DNA of 64,000 nt from Candidatus Hydrogenedens sp. (GTDB lineage: Bacteria > Hydrogenedentota > Hydrogenedentia > Hydrogenedentales > Hydrogenedentaceae). The position numbers and the translations under genes are program-made. The notes below the pieces were generated by a model. It was not told the origin of the DNA and did not search any database. It saw only the letters and a program-made list of their open reading frames with translations. Positions 61,297 through 64,000 of this stretch are shown here, in pieces; the stretch's first letter is position 1, and every line of letters begins with the position of its first letter. The stretch spans positions 1 to 64,000 of the forward strand of contig JBMFRC010000008.1 in assembly GCA_049968235.1 (NCBI GenBank), in the 5' to 3' direction.

Positions 61297-62652
61297 TTAC
61301 GGTTGTGATTGAGATTTTTCCTCATTGGCTTCTATAACTTGAATCTGATTCATAAACTCCTGCCAACGGGACGATTGTCCACTTGCCTCCAATAACTGGA
61401 ATAAGGCAACATCGTAATCATATGCAGATTTAAGTCGTCCCAGTTGTGCGCGGGAATGCTGATACACAGCATCCACAACCTCAATAGAAGTACTCACACC
61501 TTCTTCAAATGCTTTGGTACGGACTCGCAGATTTTCTGCTGTTAATTGTAAGGTGGTGTCAAAACTTTCCCACTGTTCCCGCGATTTTTTCATCTCTTCA
61601 TATCTTTTAACAACAAGACTTTCAAGGTCTTTTTTTATTTTCACACGCATATATTCTGCTTTGCGGACTAACGCTTTTGCCGAAGCCGTTTTATGCTTCC
61701 CTTGAAAACCATCAAAAAATGTGTAGTTCAAACCAATCCCTACTGCCCAAGTTGGGTCTAACAAAGTTAAATCATCCTCAAAAATTTCATGCATCCCAAA
61801 AAGATAAACCGTAGGTCGATTTGCTCCCTTTTCTGCTTTTACGCCTGCATTTGCCTGTTCAACCTTTGAAGTTATGATAGATATAGCAGGATGAGTTTCG
61901 CCTATGCTACCTTTAAATGTATCAATAGGAGGTTCACTGGTTAAGAGGAATAATTCTGAATCAGGTTCCCACATATTATTTTCAAAAAGAATATTATTAA
62001 GTCCTTCCTGAATAATAAAAATATCTCTTTGTGCAGAATCTTCTTCCTGTTTCGCTTTTGCCAATTCAACCTGAGCATGAAGCAATTCTACTTTAGCAAT
62101 AATCCCTTCACGGAAAAGCCGTTCCGCACGGTCCACATGTTTTTCCATCAGTTCCCTTTTTAATATTTGAACTTTATAGTTTTGTTCTGCTAGTACCAAC
62201 CCATAATACCGTTGAGCAAGTTCTGTCAGTAATTGGAACCGTGTCCATTCCTTTTGTGCGACTGCTTCTGTTTTACGATGTTTGGAGACCTCATTAACCG
62301 CTGTGATACGCCCACCTGTATAAACAGGTAAACTTAGTTTAATTTGACCCTTCGTAAATTGCTTCTCCTGCACCTCATACGAAAACGGTATCGGGTCTAT
62401 ACCTATTTCTATAGGGGAATCTAAAAAGGTTTGTTTTACTTCCAATTCTCCTTTCGGGTAATAGAGCCCTTTCGCAGATTTCATCTCTTCTTCTTTTTGT
62501 CGAATTTCTTCGTCTACTGATGAAAGTGCAGGGTTATTGGCTTCCATTTTGGCTACCGCATCCGCAAAACTGAGCGGTTCTGCAGAAGAAATCTGAAAAA
62601 ACAAACCAGATAAAATAGTTATTAATAGAAAATATCTACCCATTACTTTCAA
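61297..62652 (-). CDS. TolC-like outer-membrane efflux channel
   Basis: Signal peptide and two OEP repeat halves with coiled-coil character. 451 aa. It is the first gene of the efflux operon. Confidence 0.75.
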   Translation of the reverse strand: MKVMGRYFLLITILSGLFFQISSAEPLSFADAVAKMEANNPALSSVDEEIRQKEEEMKSAKGLYYPKGELEVKQTFLDSPIEIGIDPIPFSYEVQEKQFTKGQIKLSLPVYTGGRITAVNEVSKHRKTEAVAQKEWTRFQLLTELAQRYYGLVLAEQNYKVQILKRELMEKHVDRAERLFREGIIAKVELLHAQVELAKAKQEEDSAQRDIFIIQEGLNNILFENNMWEPDSELFLLTSEPPIDTFKGSIGETHPAISIITSKVEQANAGVKAEKGANRPTVYLFGMHEIFEDDLTLLDPTWAVGIGLNYTFFDGFQGKHKTASAKALVRKAEYMRVKIKKDLESLVVKRYEEMKKSREQWESFDTTLQLTAENLRVRTKAFEEGVSTSIEVVDAVYQHSRAQLGRLKSAYDYDVALFQLLEASGQSSRWQEFMNQIQVIEANEEKSQSQP

Positions 62653-62880
62653 ACACTTACATTTTTGTCAGGAAATAGACAATGTTTATGTATTTTTAGT
62701 GTCATATATCATAACAAAAATTCAAGACTCGTTGCTATAAAAACAATAAAAACAGAAAAACAAACTTTCAGGACCTTAAATTACTTTTAATATCCTTTAT
62801 GAAACTTCATTATGATTGCTAATATCTAATTCCATTATAATAAATCTTTAAAATTAACTTGGACATAATAAGGAGACTGT

Positions 62881-64000
62881 ATGAGTTTTTCCTTACATTT
62901 ATTTTTTTGTTGTATATTGCATGTTGTATTACAGGGAATGCCTGATATCCCTTATGAACATTATTTTAATACTCCCTTCCCCTTGAGGGAGGAAAATCTT
63001 TTCTCTGACCAAACTTTTTCACCTGTTTACGTTAAGCAAGAAGGGAATGATACAGCCTTATTTTTGGGAACAGAAAAAGGTTTGTTTCAAATTTCTTCTT
63101 TAAATAATCCAAATTGGATAAATATTCCCAATGAGAAGATAGAAAATGGACATATTTTTGATATAGAAACAGATTCAAATGGAAAAATTTATTTAGGTGC
63201 GTGGAATGGATTGTATGTTCTTGAAAATAACAAAATAGAACGAATTGAGGAAATAGATAATATTCCGATTGCAGTGATAAAGATTCCAGAGGGAAAAATT
63301 ATAATAGGTAGTCCCGAAGGAATTTGGATAAAGACAGAAAATGAACAATGGACAAAAATAAAATCCGCATTTCCCCGAAGTATTCGTGATATTGCTGTTG
63401 ATAATGATGAAAACATCTGGGTGGCTACAGAAAGTGGCTTAATTTGCATAAATAAAAAAAATGAATTGAAGCACTATAAACAAAAAGAAGACTTATTCGA
63501 CGCAGGGAATCCGGAAAAAGAATTGGTTTCGAATAATTTACTTACCGTGTGTGTTGTGAAAGACAATGAAATCTGGACAGGAGGATTGGGCGGTATTACA
63601 GTATTAAAAAATGGTAGGATAATAAAAAAATATATGCATACAGACTTCCCGGGGGCGATAATTACAAAAATTGTATATGATAATATATCTGACAAAGTAT
63701 GGGTAGGGACAAATAATGGTTTGGTATGTTTACCTGATGGAAATATCAAAAGTAAAATGGTTTTTCGGAGTAAACGATGGTTATTAGATGATAATATCCG
63801 TGATATTTTTGTTAATAATAATCATATATATATTAGCACAGTAAAAGGGGTAAGTCGGTTATCTATAGATAAGAAAACATTAGCGGATAAGGCAAATTAT
63901 TTTGAAAAAATAACAGAAGAGAGACATACAAGGGAACCGGGTATCGTGGAACATTGTAAATTGCGTGTTCCCGGAGACCTGTCAACATGGGAACCTCAGG
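62881..64000 (+). CDS. Two-component-regulator-propeller (Reg_prop beta-propeller) repeat protein, 3'-truncated by the window end
   Basis: RBS AAGGAG 5 nt upstream. Repeated WxGTxxGL blocks: LGAWNGLYVL, WVATESGLICI, WTGGLGGITVL, WVGTNNGLVCL. The frame stays open to the last base. Confidence 0.6.
   Translation, partial: MSFSLHLFFCCILHVVLQGMPDIPYEHYFNTPFPLREENLFSDQTFSPVYVKQEGNDTALFLGTEKGLFQISSLNNPNWINIPNEKIENGHIFDIETDSNGKIYLGAWNGLYVLENNKIERIEEIDNIPIAVIKIPEGKIIIGSPEGIWIKTENEQWTKIKSAFPRSIRDIAVDNDENIWVATESGLICINKKNELKHYKQKEDLFDAGNPEKELVSNNLLTVCVVKDNEIWTGGLGGITVLKNGRIIKKYMHTDFPGAIITKIVYDNISDKVWVGTNNGLVCLPDGNIKSKMVFRSKRWLLDDNIRDIFVNNNHIYISTVKGVSRLSIDKKTLADKANYFEKITEERHTREPGIVEHCKLRVPGDLSTWEPQ

Noticed and set aside
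1-64000. CRISPR arrays, rRNA and tRNA genes
   Set aside because: No regularly spaced direct repeats and no GC-rich cloverleaf-like segments were seen anywhere in the window.

Overview
This is a 64-kb chromosomal segment from a low-GC (roughly 40% by eye) diderm bacterium. The diderm call rests on LptE, a BamD-like TPR lipoprotein, TolC and beta-barrel OMP genes. The segment is gene-dense (about 48 CDS), with long minus-strand operon blocks. I found no rRNA, tRNA or CRISPR array.

Gene content:
- Housekeeping: mutS, holA, queE, dCMP deaminase, alanine dehydrogenase, glycogen phosphorylase, mannose-1-P guanylyltransferase.
- Signalling: a hybrid HK-RR-HPt kinase, a pilT / PilS-like HK / PilR-like sigma54 RR operon, and a PilZ protein.
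- Glycan catabolism: GH88-like, GH36-like, BNR/sialidase-like, WbsX/GH99-like, and a sugar-phosphate isomerase.
- An NDP-sugar cluster (DegT aminotransferase plus RmlD-like reductase).
- A TolC-HlyD-ABC2-ABC2 efflux operon.
- A NuoE/NuoF/NuoG-like operon in which an NfnA(PyrK)-like domain is fused to the NuoG-like subunit and followed by an NfnB/GltD-like gene. This is a candidate flavin-based electron-bifurcating complex.

Most notable accessory features:
1. A very AT-rich restriction-modification-like islet at 26.4-28.2 kb. An intact beta-class DPPF DNA methyltransferase is preceded, 2 nt away, by an ORF chain broken by a G8 homopolymer frameshift and a single in-frame TAG. This is a candidate phase-variable or decayed restriction endonuclease. 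A 19-bp perfect palindrome lies upstream.
2. A translationally coupled AbiEi-like wHTH plus 470-aa unknown gene pair at the window start, behind a near-consensus sigma70 promoter. It is a candidate uncharacterised toxin-antitoxin or defence-like module.
3. An IS transposase (rve DDE) remnant in a 950-bp non-coding gap.
4. A frameshifted BNR/Asp-box sialidase-like gene.

Coordinates I derived by hand counting (as opposed to those taken from the ORF track) may be off by 1-2 nt.
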